This document shows positions 44,875 to 57,129 of a stretch of DNA of 64,000 nt, one piece after another. The DNA is from Lama glama (taxonomy: Eukaryota), in contig CM052818.1 of the NCBI GenBank assembly GCA_028534125.1, forward strand, positions 41,046,001 through 41,110,000. Reading direction: 5' to 3'. Below the pieces are notes generated by a model. It had not been told where the DNA came from and ran no database searches. It saw only the letters and a program-made list of their open reading frames with translations. Numbering within the stretch: the first letter of the stretch is position 1; each line of letters starts with the position of its first letter. The translations under genes were made by a program, and so were the position numbers.

Positions 44875-47766
44875 GATGAATAGAAAAATGGACAACATAG
44901 CATTTGAGTTATATAGAATGAGAGATCAGTAATTATGACAGACAAAAACAGGATTAGGAAGGGACATTTAAAACAGAAGAAATGGTGAAATTATACACAG
45001 GGAAGGAAAGTCCAGAATATTCTCCTGGGGTGTAGTAAGTAGAAAGTCACTTGGTGAAACATAAAATTTGACGTACAGGTTACAGCTAGTTAATGGAGGT
45101 TTCCACTTGAGTCAGCAGGCAGTAACTGTAACAGAATGCACCGCTTAACCATTCAGCTTTGTTAAATCTTGATGAGAGAAGAGCTTACCGCTTGTGCCAC
45201 AATACATAGTATTGTAAGTAATTTTTCTATTAACCTATCTACCACAGCAAGGGATAATTTGGACAGGGTAGTAGAAAACACTGTCACCTTGAAGTTTTTT
45301 CTTATCCTTGCCTTGTTACCCCCAAACAAAAATAATGCCTCCCTCCTCTATGTTCCTACAGTATTTTCCTCAATTACAGCACTACTTCCAGTCACAGCAC
45401 ATTGTGTCATTTCTGTCTGTGTCTATTTTTTCAGCTTCCAGACACACTCCACAAGGGCCTTTCCTAATTTGTGTCTTGTCCTATGGAATGGATGATTTGA
45501 CTCAATAAGGTCAAATTAACATCTGAAAACACAATTGCGTTTCTTATCAGTTGGCTGGACAATTGAGTCATTCTTCTCCCTGATTACTTGAAATATGGAT
45601 TTGGTTTAGCTAATCATCTTTTTCTTTCTCATTGTAGTTAACAGAAAGAAGAAATTAAAGTAACAAGTAATCACTTTTTTATTTTTCTAAAATTTTTCTT
45701 CTAATTGAAGATTGAAGTAGCTTTCCAATTCTGCCTCATGATACACCTGTATTTTCTCCTTCAAAATGTCATTTTATGAAAGCATCAATAATGCTGCATG
45801 GATAACAGAATTTATTTTAAGGCAATATACTTATAGAAATGTTATGCTTAGTTAAAACTGAGGGCAGGAGAACTAATATTAATTCTGAGTATAGTGCAAT
45901 GTAAAATTAGATAATAGGAAGAAAAGATATATATGAAAGAAACTATTAAAACACTTGTCCTTTATACTATTTGAAATAAGAAAAGCAAAGTAAAATGATA
46001 GCTATTATGAGTGATCTAGAAAAAGGCTCATTATGAGTCACACAGCAAAGGATTCCCCTTCCATTTGACTGTGTCTATTTCTGTAACATTTTAGAGTTTT
46101 TCCCTCTACCCCTAGAACTGAGTCATTAGTAAACTAGATAAAATCTCAAATGGAGTTAATTGTATTCCTTCAGAAGAAACTGCTGGGTCACACACCCAGA
46201 AATTAGTACTTGGCAGCTTAATATCTTCTTCTTTTTCTCCTTTATGTGTGATTCTGACATTCTTACTTAACCCCATTGCTCTCTAATTTGCTCATCTGTA
46301 AATCAGGAGATTCCCATGAGGGACTGGCATGCTATAGATGAACATGGTTTTGCAAATAGGTACTGGGAATTCATGTTAAAGTGAAAGAGACGTTCAAGGT
46401 ATACTCTGTTTTCAGTCAACCTCCAGGCTTCAAGATGCTATGTATGTTTTCCCTAAATATATTATTTGCTAAACATTATTACTTCCCTTCAGCATTTTAA
46501 AAATTACATGGTCTCAGGACTTTTGCCTTTGTTATTGTAATTCAGAATGCCCCAGGATATACTAGATTTTATTGAAATGAGACAAGGATTCTTGAACTTT
46601 TTGAATAAAGAATTCAGCATTTTCATGGTATTATTGTGATGTTTATTGGTAAGGGGAGAATAAAGGGAATTCCAAAAGTGCTCCTCTGGCTTAAAAAGGA
46701 ATCCTCACAACTATTTATACTTTCAGGAAACAAGGATATCAATTTGAATATTATTACCAGGGCAAATGATAATTGAAACACTGACAATCAGAATCACAAA
46801 CTTGGAGGGCTAACAGGTTATATTTCTCAGGGCAGAGCAATAACTTCTAAAGTCCAGGTGTCCCCAAGGACTCACAACTAACACTTCCAAGAACAGTTTT
46901 AATAACCTAACACAGAATGGATTACACTTTTTCACATATATTTGATGGGAGTACCAGATCGATACTTTTGTAGATCTTCTCCATGGACCGTTTTATCAGA
47001 ACTAGCTGAATGTGGCAGAATAATATTATTTCTGCACCTGTAGGGAGAGAGAAACATTTTGTCTCTCATATACTTTTGAGATTTCTTTCACCAGCATTTA
47101 GGAGCACATGCAATTTCAGATGTTAGCACTGTAGTATCACTGTGATATCATTACTTAGCACCAAGAAGGGAAAGGAAGAGCTGGCTTAAGAAAAGTACAA
47201 CTGAAAATACAGAAAAGGAAAAGGCACAGAAAGTTTTTACAAAGGGAACCCTGGGATAATGTTTTGCATTTACAGTTTTCCTCTTTGTTGACTGTAATCA
47301 ACACTTCATCTTAAATTGGATCTGTGTCGCCTCCCTTAAACACTGCAGTTCAGTACTTAGCACACCAGTGGGAACATTTTGATGCATCCTTTTAAGGCTA
47401 CATTGCTTAACATTCCATAAGCATTACTTCTACATGTAAATTAACACACATATATTTTGTATTTCTTAACTCCCTGCAAGGCTACCAGCTGATATAAATA
47501 GGTTCCAATCCTCAATGTTGTATGACTCGCCAACTTCCTTTGGTATGGGGCTTGATAAATTATGGATGTACTTTAAATGGACAGGAATGTAGTTAGGGGG
47601 TTTTCTTACAAGGAGTGAAAATAACCCCCCTTTGATGCCTAAGGTGAAACTCCAAGGCACTCTCTCAGTGGAGACCAGGTTTAGAGAAGTAGTCTTGGCG
47701 TTACTCCTTGGTTTTAAAAGGTTGATTGGGCTCTTGATCTCTCCAACAGAGCAGGTAACTCCACAC

Positions 47767-47822
47767 AGTATGCATGAGATCCTGGATTCAATTCCCAGTA
47801 CCTCCATTAAAAAAAAAAAAAA
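47767..47822 (+). mobile_element. 5'-truncated tRNA-derived SINE (camelid Vic-1-like) with poly(A)
   Basis: agtatgcatgagatcctggattcaattcccagtacctccatt(A)14 contains a B-box-like GGATTCAATTCC and the cccagtacctccatt tail I recognise from camelid SINEs. Confidence 0.7.
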
Positions 47823-48961
47823 GATGAAAGTTCCTGAAAATAAAAAAAGGCCACAGCTCTAGCTGTATAATTAGTCAGAGGAGATAACGTTTTCTAACAA
47901 TCAATCAGAAGCAGGTTCCTCTCCGAAGCTAATGAAGCCTAAGTGTTAGGATCTCTTAACTTCACCCTGTGTGAAACAGAAATATCTTAAAATATTTCGG
48001 CTCCTCCAGAGGTAAGCAGTCCTCAATGTTTTTACAATAGCTCATAGTTGTGAGACACCACCGATGCACAATAAGGGCCAGTGTGAATGTTAATAGAGCT
48101 TTGAGAGGTAAGGGACACACTCTGGTGAAGGTAAATTATTCTGCCAGCTGGGACATCTGCATGAAAGGCAGAGGAACTTTTACAAATTCATTTACTGTAT
48201 CATTTACTAACCCATAGCCAGAGACCAATTTTATTTTCTCAAACTACTTGTTTTCCTTCCTTATTACACAAAATATATAAAATTAATTTTAATATAACTT
48301 GAATTATATATATGCAAAATAGTCATATTAAATATTGTATTTAAAGAATATTGTTTAATGTTTAACCAAATTACTCTATCAAGTACCCTATAAGAAAACA
48401 GTTATCATGCCTTGATTTTGCCAACTTAACTTGAATATTATGAAGGGTTAACTTGCCTGTACATTGAAAAGATGGGATTGAGTGGTGGATCTTTGTTCTT
48501 TCGCTCAGGTTTACTTTTTAGTTCCTTTGCCCTTGTATTCTTTTAGCTTTTTCCCACTTTTTAAATTTTCTTTCTGATATCCATTTTTCTTCTAAACTAT
48601 TGCATACAGATACAGAAATTACATTATGGGACTAATTGCAAAATTATTGTTAAGTAATCAAATAAAACATTGCATGGTTAGTGTTGAAAATATGAATTGT
48701 TTTACATTATCTTTTAACTGCCAATTCTGTCAACGTGTTTGTTTATCTTTATCCATGTGTTGGCAGTGTAGCTGTTTTTGTGTCATAATAAATGTCAGGA
48801 TTGTTATTTTTCATATTGTCATATTTAATATCTGCTTATATCCATTTTAAATACTAGATTTTTAGAATCCTCATAAAAGAAAAATATGATTATTAAAACC
48901 TCATGCCCTAAATTATTAATCTTAAACTTAAATTAAATTCACCTAATGGTTAACAATAAAT

Positions 48962-49410
48962 TATAGAGGTGGAAACATTTTCCCCTCTTTCTTTCTAGGC
49001 TTTTTGCCTGGTCTAATAATTAAATTGGCATAAGACAGATTAAAGAGAAATTCAATTTCATTTGTATGAAAGTTCTGAAGATACAAAACTGACATATAAG
49101 TTGAGAAATTTAAGCTTATATGCCATCTTGAGCTAAAGAGAGTGGCCTGGGGCTTCAAAGGGGAGAAGGGTAATCACAGGAAAATAAGAAGTGCAAATAT
49201 TTGGTAATTAGAAGTTTGCCCTGCCACGCAGATTGGTTTTTCAGGTAAAAAAGTTATCCCTGGTAATAGTTCTATTTCTGATACAGGTCCCCTATCTAAA
49301 TTCTTTTAGGTAGTTAAGGGAGAGTTGGCTTGGTCTTGATTGTCTTCAGCTCAAAATAATCAACATTCCAAAGTGGCGTATTTTGGGATGGCACATTCTA
49401 CTCCCCTTCA
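48962..49410 (-). mobile_element. ERV1 solo LTR (MER34-like) with 4-bp TSD
   Basis: Reverse complement starts TGAAGGGGAGTAGAATGTGCCATCCCAAAATACGCCACTTTGGAATGTTGATTATTTTGAGCTGAAG; TSD AAAT at 48958-48961 and 49411-49414. Confidence 0.85.
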
Positions 49411-50271
49411 AAATCATTAAAATACATTTTAGAAAATCAGAGGAAAAAATCCTAGGAGATGTATCATTGAGAGTATATCCCCCAAACATAATATGCATGT
49501 ATCTTTGTTTCATTATTAATTTAAACATTATGGCAAATATTTCATTTTCCAGGTGTTAGTATTTATTGATGCACCATTAGGATATGGTGTTTATTCCTTA
49601 TGAATAATTACATTTTCAATCAATTAGGGTAATAGGATTAGTAGATGAATAGAAGATCATGGATTCTCATATCTGAAAGATATCTCAAATATTATCTAGG
49701 GTTCAGTTCTGTAATTTCAAGATTAAGAGATTGAAGTCCGCATTAATTTATGTAAAGCCATCATTAGAACAAATTAATGACAGAGCCAAGTTGGGAAAGT
49801 TCAAATCTTGGGACATCTGATCAATGTCATGCTGGGGGTTAGAAATCAGAAAGCTCTCCAAGTGGGAGATGGGATGCAGCCCGTGTGATTTCAGCTCAGG
49901 GCTCAGGATGTTGGGGTCTGAGAGCACAGCCCACTCTGCCTACTACCATACACTGGAGAAAGATTTAAGAAATTTCCAAGAAGGCACTTTAAGGGAGGAG
50001 GGTCTGCTTGCCTGGATTTAAAGACAGTATTGTCCCAGGACACTTGAAGAGTTAGCTATGTAAGCAAATAATTACACTGTTAATCAAAGCTTGCACCAAA
50101 TGAGACAGGGGCTTTAAAAAGGGAATGGCTTGCTTTGTCAGGTAAGGGAGTAGGATGGCTTCGTGGGAGTTGTGTAATTTGAGGAGGGTCTTCAGAGGTA
50201 AGCAGGGCTTTTTTTAGGCTTTTCAGTCAAAAGGACCAAATGTGCAAAATTCTGCTTATAGAAATGAATTT

Positions 50272-50635
50272 TGTCTTAGTCCTTTCAGACTGTTATAACC
50301 AAATACCATAGACTGAGTGGTTTATAAACAACAGCCATTTATTTCTGAAATTTCTGCAGGCTGGGAAGTCCAGGATCAAGGTGCCAGCAGGTTCAGTGTC
50401 TGGTGAAGTCCCTCTTTCTCATTCATAGATGGTCATCTTCTCACTGTGTTCTCATATGATGGAAGGGGCAAGAAAGCTCTCTGAGGTCTTTTTGTAAGGA
50501 TACAAATTCCACTCGTGAGGGCTCTGCCCTCAAGACATAATAACCTCCCAAAGTCCCCATCTCCAAACACCATTCCACTGGGGACTAGATTTCAACATAT
50601 ACATTTTGGGTGACACAAATATTCAATCTATAGCA
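50272..50635 (-). mobile_element. MaLR solo LTR (MLT1A-like), near full length
   Basis: TGtcttagtc...ataccatagactgagtggtttataaacaacag...ggctgggaagtccaggatcaaggtgccagcag...attcaatctatagCA. Confidence 0.88.
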
Positions 50636-51605
50636 GACTTCTTAGATTGTGAGAAACAGCACAAGCTAAATGTGTCAGGAATGTGGATTGAGTCAGTGAT
50701 TCATAAATAAAGGCAGAGGGGTGGGTGGTGAAGAAATTCATATGCCAAGTTGGAAGTGATGAATGACTTTGGGCCTAGAGATAAGAGAGTTTATAACAGA
50801 AGTCATAAACATTATGGGTGCATATGGTGCGGTGAGCTTGGAGCAGTGATAAGAGTCCAGAACAAGAAGGATCTTGTTTCTTATTCTAAAGCAACGATTA
50901 TAAAACTAAATGTATTTAAAGGTCACCTCAAATGTGGAGAAAACAGAACTTTGTATTTTGGTTGAGTTAGAAATACCAGAGTCAACTCTATTTGACAATT
51001 AGTCCACTGGATTATGTCTTTTTTTTCTGTCTGGAAAAGGAGAGAAAAAAATAGCAAGATAATTGACAAAGTAAGTAACCAGTGTATTTCATAAATTAAC
51101 AGTACTTTCTATAGTAAATATGCCTTATGGTTTATGCAAGCCTCTAAAACATATTTACAAATTTTTGATGATGATACAAGCCTTGGAGTTAAAGGGTTAC
51201 CTACCAGATGGGTAAATACAGGCTTTGTATAAACACAATTTGGTATCAATGAAATCATCTTTTTTTTTGACAATCAGTAAAATCCAACAGAAAATATCTA
51301 TAACCTAAGATAAACGTGCTTGAATTTAATCTAACTCTAAGTATTTGCCTCAACTAAACCATCTTTTTATTTAGATCATTGGATCTTAAATATTCTGTGT
51401 CAGAGAGCTTTCTTATCAATAGAGAGTAAAGCAACTTTCAGCACAGTACCTGAATTAACAAAGCATTAATAGCTCCAAGGAGATGATTCTTCTCTGGGCA
51501 AATTTCTGATCTGTTACTCATTTTTAATCAAAACTGAGTAAGGAGAGAGATACATACTTTTAAATGCAATATAAATTCTAAAGCATAACAATAGCACAGC
51601 ACCTT

Positions 51606-52074
51606 TGATATTATGATTTATAATAATAAATATATTTTTTATTTTTGGCCCCATTTCTGGCACACAGCTCCTAAAACCCTTGGAATTTTCTAAATGATAA
51701 AGGAAATAAAGGTGTCTTATTGTGTTAATGAGGTAAATTTTGTACCAAACCTAATGATGAGGACTGGTTGCTAGGAGAGTCAACCATGTGATTAGAAGGT
51801 TGGAATTTGTAGTCCTAACTCCAGACCTCCAAGGAGAGGAGAGAGGCTGCAGGGTAAATTGCTTTCCACTGGCCAATGATATGATTTATGAAGCCTGTGT
51901 AATGAAGCCTCCATAAAAACCCAGAGGGTTGGGTTCAGAGAGCTTTTGGGTTGGTTAACTTGTGGAGATGCAGGGTGAATGAACTGCCTGAAAAGGTCAA
52001 GGAAGCTCTGGGCCATTTCCCCATATATTTCCCTATGCATCTCTTACATCTGGCTCTTCTTGAATTATATCCTT
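51606..52074 (+). mobile_element. MER21-like LTR, 3' truncated
   Basis: TGatattatgatttat...ttctggcacacagctcctaaaacccttggaattt...aaccatgtgattagaaggttggaa...gtaatgaagcctccataaaaaccc. Confidence 0.75.
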
Positions 52075-55000
52075 TTTTTTTTTTTTGCTATATATTTCTG
52101 AGTTTGCTTTATTATTTTTTTCAAATTTCCCTTTTCCCTGAGACTTGGGTCTGACTTTATAAGACCTTTGTGATTGAGTTTTCTACTCTGTTTCACCTCT
52201 TTGGATCCATGTTTTTCCTTTTCTTTCCTAGATTTGATGGATTTCCTTTAATTTTTTACGTATTAATTTATTTCTTTGTCTAATACTTTTAGGAATTTTT
52301 TCAGTCATGGTTTATAGGAGTTCTCATTCATAATATTGTGAGATACCAGAATCTTTCAAAACTTATATAATTTTTAATGCTTTGTCTTCTCTCTAGGAGA
52401 CTTATTCTTTCTGAGTAAAAGGTTAAACTGTAGATTACTAAACTCAGACCCAAGGATTCTGATTATGTAGGCCTGGGCTGGGACTAAGGATGTGCATTTT
52501 TTTTCCCCCATAAGGACCTTAGAAGATTCTGAAACAGTTGTTCTGAGGATCACACTTTGTGAGGCGTTGTACTAAGATTTTTTTTAAATATCATATAGGC
52601 AATATGAACTAACAAATGTTATCAGTGAGGGATATAAACTAACTAGTTTTAAGATTACTCAGGTATTACTATAGAGAGAATGGACTTAAGTGATTGAAAC
52701 AGATGATTAGAAGACGAGTAAAGAAGCTGCTGAAATAGTCCTAATAAAACTGAGAGAGAGAGTGTGTGTGTGTGGCCACTGGATATTTCTGAGGTAAAAT
52801 CAAGATGATCCAGTGAGGGAGTGGATATTGAAAATGAGGGAAAAGAAAGAGGAGTCAGCAATGACTCTGGTGGGTCAGTCTTTTTGTATTTTAAAAGATG
52901 TCTGATTTCAGGGAGATGAATTCCTTTTAGGGCTCAGCTTTTCTATATTTAGAATTTTATGTTTTCTTTGGAAATAGTACTTGAATATGCAATGAAAATC
53001 ACCCATGACATTTTATAGAAGAATATGAAACACACACACGTATAATAGGAAGATACTCTATGCCCTATTGCCCTATGTATATGCTAAGCTTGATATTTAG
53101 AAGGTAAATGTTATGCAACATCATTATAAGTGTTTTTTCTCCTTTTGGCATTTGGGAGAACCACAACAGAGCTTTTTTTTTAAGGGTCGAATTAGAAAAG
53201 CAACACAAAACCAAATGTCATAAGGGATCAAAAGCTTCTAGAAAATCTGTGACTATAGTTCATAGGGTAAAATCAGGATGATTCTCTGACAGTTTCCAAA
53301 ATAGCTTAATGAAAGTTCCAAATACACTTGAGAAATAAGCAGCAAAACACGGGACAGTGGCTGCTACACGTTTGATCTAAACTGTATTTGGAGGGGTGTT
53401 CAAAGGCAATGGTACTTACCTAGACTATCAACTGGCCACCCTGTTATAGATAAGTCTTCTGATGCAGTGGTAAATTATGGCAGGTAGAAACAATATAAGC
53501 TAGCCTTCGCATCACACTCACGGTCTTCCTGGCTCTGAAAGCACATTGTAAGCATAACTTTAGAAGTCTTAATGGCACACACACTCAGTGCATTGCTCTC
53601 CTCTTCACCTTCTCTTCCCTGGAATGTAAGCTTTCACATAAGCTTTACAGATCATTAGCTCACAAGTCCTAGGAGAGATAAATCCTTTATGAGGGAGTTT
53701 TATATGCCACCACGTTATGGAGCATGTAACTCTGATTTTCATAGGAATTCATATTAAGTCAGATTCAGGAACTTTAATGGAAAAGTATGAAACACAAAAT
53801 TTTCAGCCTACCTTTTAAAGGAAAAAGAGAATTCTAGCTGCTCAACAAGTGAATGTCATTCTTAAATTTTCAAAATAGGTTCTTTTTTTGTAAAGTCAGC
53901 AATAAAAATACTTTTAAAATCTTCCTTAAGTGTTTAGCAAGTTTATTTATAGATTTTTTTCATTCTGGGTAAGAGCCATAATTCTCTCTGATATGCTTTC
54001 TTTTACTTTGCTAACTCAGAAGACTCCTCAAATACTGAAGATCTAATGAAGTTCTTTAACAACGGCAATGTCATAAAAGACTAAGCTGCTGTAAGAAGAG
54101 AATCTCACTTGGCAGTGATTTTATAGTGGCTGTGGATTTCTAACGGGGGTAGTTCAGGACTGCATGGTGTCGCATGGGGCTTTGGAGAGAGGCTTGGGTG
54201 TTACTACTTGTGGGGCAGTTTCCATGTCTCAGTTTGCTCATCTTTAAAATGGAGGATAAAATACCTCATGAGGTTCTCTTGAAAATTAAAGGAGATGGTA
54301 TAGGTAAAGTTCTTAGTGAACAGTACACTTTCAATAATATCTAGCTGTTACACATCGAGTACTTTTCACAGTCCATGTGCTCAGCTTGTCAAAAAATAAG
54401 TTTATTCTAGTCTCTACGGGTGATCCTGTTCAAAGTCAACATTGCATGGTTTTTAAGATCAAGATGTTAGTCACTCCATTGCTGTTTACTGTTACCTGCC
54501 TTCCTCTACAGAACCAGTGGATTTAGAGTCAGTGGTCCCTTTCTAGCATCTCATGGTTACTGGTCATCAATATATGCCTTGAATCTCGGAATCTCAGAGC
54601 AATGAGGCATTTAAGGATCATAGTTCCATTTACTACTTTTTTTGAGTGTGTGATTTTTCACAGAAGAATCCTGAAACATACATTAAGAGAAGAAAGCAAC
54701 ATATATTTGGGAGACATACCTGGATTTGATTCCCAAGGCTGACATTAAGTAGCTGTGTATCACTGGGTAAGTCACTTTATTTCCCTGAGATTATTTCCTC
54801 ACCTGAAAAAAAAAATAGGCAGATAGTTGTAAAGATTAAATCAGATATCATATATAAGAAGCCTAGCAGAGTGTCTGATGCTTTCGGGTTTAATGTTAGT
54901 CTCAAGAAACTTACTTGAGATCACACGCTAGTGATGTTAGGAGACTTTTGCTATAACCTAGATATCCCAGTTCCAAGTCTAGCCTTGTTTTCATAGCGTT

Positions 55001-56196
55001 AAAGGAGAAACATTGTGAGCAAGGAAGGTTAGCTCTGTCACAAAGGCATGGATAAAGAGTTATCAGATCCCAGAAGGGGGAATGCCTGCTTCTGCCATAA
55101 GTGAACGTAAAAGGCAAATAACAAAGAGGATATTTTCAATCCATGTAATTAGTAAAAGATTAATATCCCTTCAAAAAAAGTCACCAATAATTCAATAAGA
55201 AAAGGATGACTTACTAGATAAATGGATCAAGACTATGATTAGAACATTTACAAAGAAGGAGGCTTGGTAAAGTAAGGCTTTCCAGAAGGGCTTTTTGAGG
55301 TCAAAGTGTTACTGAATTTAGTGAGACAGCTCCTTTTTTTTGATTCTATTTGTTACAGCCTCAAACACTCCTGTCATTTCACTGCCAGACAATAGAAGGA
55401 CCTAACACAATGCTTGGCAAGCAGTACCTCCTCAATAAATATTTGTTGAATAAATGAATGAACGTTTTCCCAAGCTTTACAACCTGGTGCCATTCCAGTG
55501 GGAGTTCTGCTTCAGGTACACCGTTGTCCAGGGAGAGGCAGTTCTGACACTGCCACCAGCGAGGCAGTTCCCTGCCAGTGTGCTGGTGCTGGCTCGTGAC
55601 AACCTCATGGCTGCTCCTGCTCCTTCTGTGCACATTCCCCACTCCCTTTCCCCCTTTCCCACGCTCTTTACAAAGTGAAGAGACTACTCCTCCCTTATAT
55701 ATTATTCATTTACTGCTTAGCGGTGGGTGGTAAAGTGGGTAGAATTCCCAGAGCGGGATTGTTTGGTTCCCAAATTCTTCAGCAATTATTGTGACAGCTT
55801 TCTCAGCGAACATCATCCAGGGGGCGCACACACCTCCACTGAGTCTCCGAAAGGGCTGGGCTGGGTAGCAGCTGTCATGCTCTGCCTTGGTCTACCCCTT
55901 CCTTCTGATCTTTATGTGTTGTTTATGAGTCCGGTTAACTGTGACACATTCATTCTTTCCTTCTGGTGTATTTTCTTTCAGGGACTTTATAATCTCCTCT
56001 GCAAATTTGCTCTCTCAACACTGGCCTCTGTCTGTTGGACACACTTTGTGTGTGTCTCTATTAGTCAGGGTTCAAGGTTTACCCCAGAGGTCTCCTGATC
56101 TCCTAAGTAAATGAGCATAACCAAACGGGAACATAGGTAAAGCTACAGCCTCACTCCATTACTGAATATTTCTGAGTCTCAGCTCTAGACGAGGTA

Positions 56197-56237
56197 AAAA
56201 ACAAACAAACAAACAAACAAACAAACAAACAAACAAA
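56197..56237 (+). repeat. (AAAC)n tetranucleotide microsatellite, about 10 units
   Basis: aaaacaaacaaacaaacaaacaaacaaacaaacaaacaaaa is directly visible, inside a MIR-like remnant. Confidence 0.95.
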
Positions 56238-56697
56238 ACTGGCAGAGTTGTGAGAATTAGTGAGATACCCTAACACGAGGCATATGGTAGATAGGCTTCT
56301 CAGTAAATGGAAACCATATCATCAGGGATTGTGAGCAGATTTTCTAGAGCTAAGGATTCAGCATTAGGAAAAATAGAATTATGGCAGACTATCAAGGTAA
56401 GAACCCAGGCAAAGAGAAAAAAATACTGAGTTTCAGAGAAAGAGTGGAATAGTATTGACAAAGCAAAAATAAAACTGCTAGAATTTGGTTGCGAGGCCAG
56501 TATAGGAGCTCTTAGACCAATTCAGTACTGGGTCTACTAAATACTGAACTGAGTTCTTTACCATCCTGTGCCAGTGACGATCTGTGTCTTACCTGTCAAC
56601 CAGAAAGCTGTCCTGTTTTCCCATTCAATGGTAGGGGAGCCAGCCTCGAACTCCCATCATAACACTTATTTTCTTGGACTACCTCTGGTACCACTTT

Positions 56698-57109
56698 TGT
56701 TAGTCTGGGATATCTGAGAAGCGAACTTCAAAACAGGATTGGACATGCAAGTGATTTATTAGAGGAAATGTCTATGAGGAAAAATGGGAACTTGGGGCAG
56801 ACTGGGAAAGCATTAGACCATAAAGAAAAAACAGTTGGATGAAAAAATCTTAGGCTGTATGCAGTTCAAAAAAGGTCTGAAAAGGTTGATGCTGACTCTT
56901 TGAGCCAAATAGGAAAAGTCTTTCTTTAAATAAGTCCTACATCACCATCACCTAGAAATAGACCTGCCTGCCTTGGTGTCCTTACCACACTTGATCACGG
57001 ACTCTGTGCACGTGCAGTGATGGATTTTTGAGTGTGGAAACTGGGACCTTCAGTCCATTATGCTTCTCACAGCCAATAATCTGAGAGGAGTCTTTCTGTA
57101 GCCACCACA
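56698..57109 (-). mobile_element. Old ERVL LTR (LTR16-like)
   Basis: TGttagtctggg...gagaagc...caggattggacatgcaagtgatttattagaggaaatgtctatgagg...gtagccaccaCA. Confidence 0.65.
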
Positions 57110-57129
57110 GCAGGTATCAAACTTGATGT

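Noticed and set aside
47767..47800. Possible tRNA gene (B-box-like GGATTCAATTCC)
   Set aside because: No A box or cloverleaf, and it is followed by a SINE tail and poly(A).
47906..48950. Possible hAT-Tip100 (Zaphod/MER115-like) fragment starting gaagctaatgaagcctaag
   Set aside because: Only a short stretch resembles the remembered consensus, so boundaries cannot be supported without RepeatMasker.
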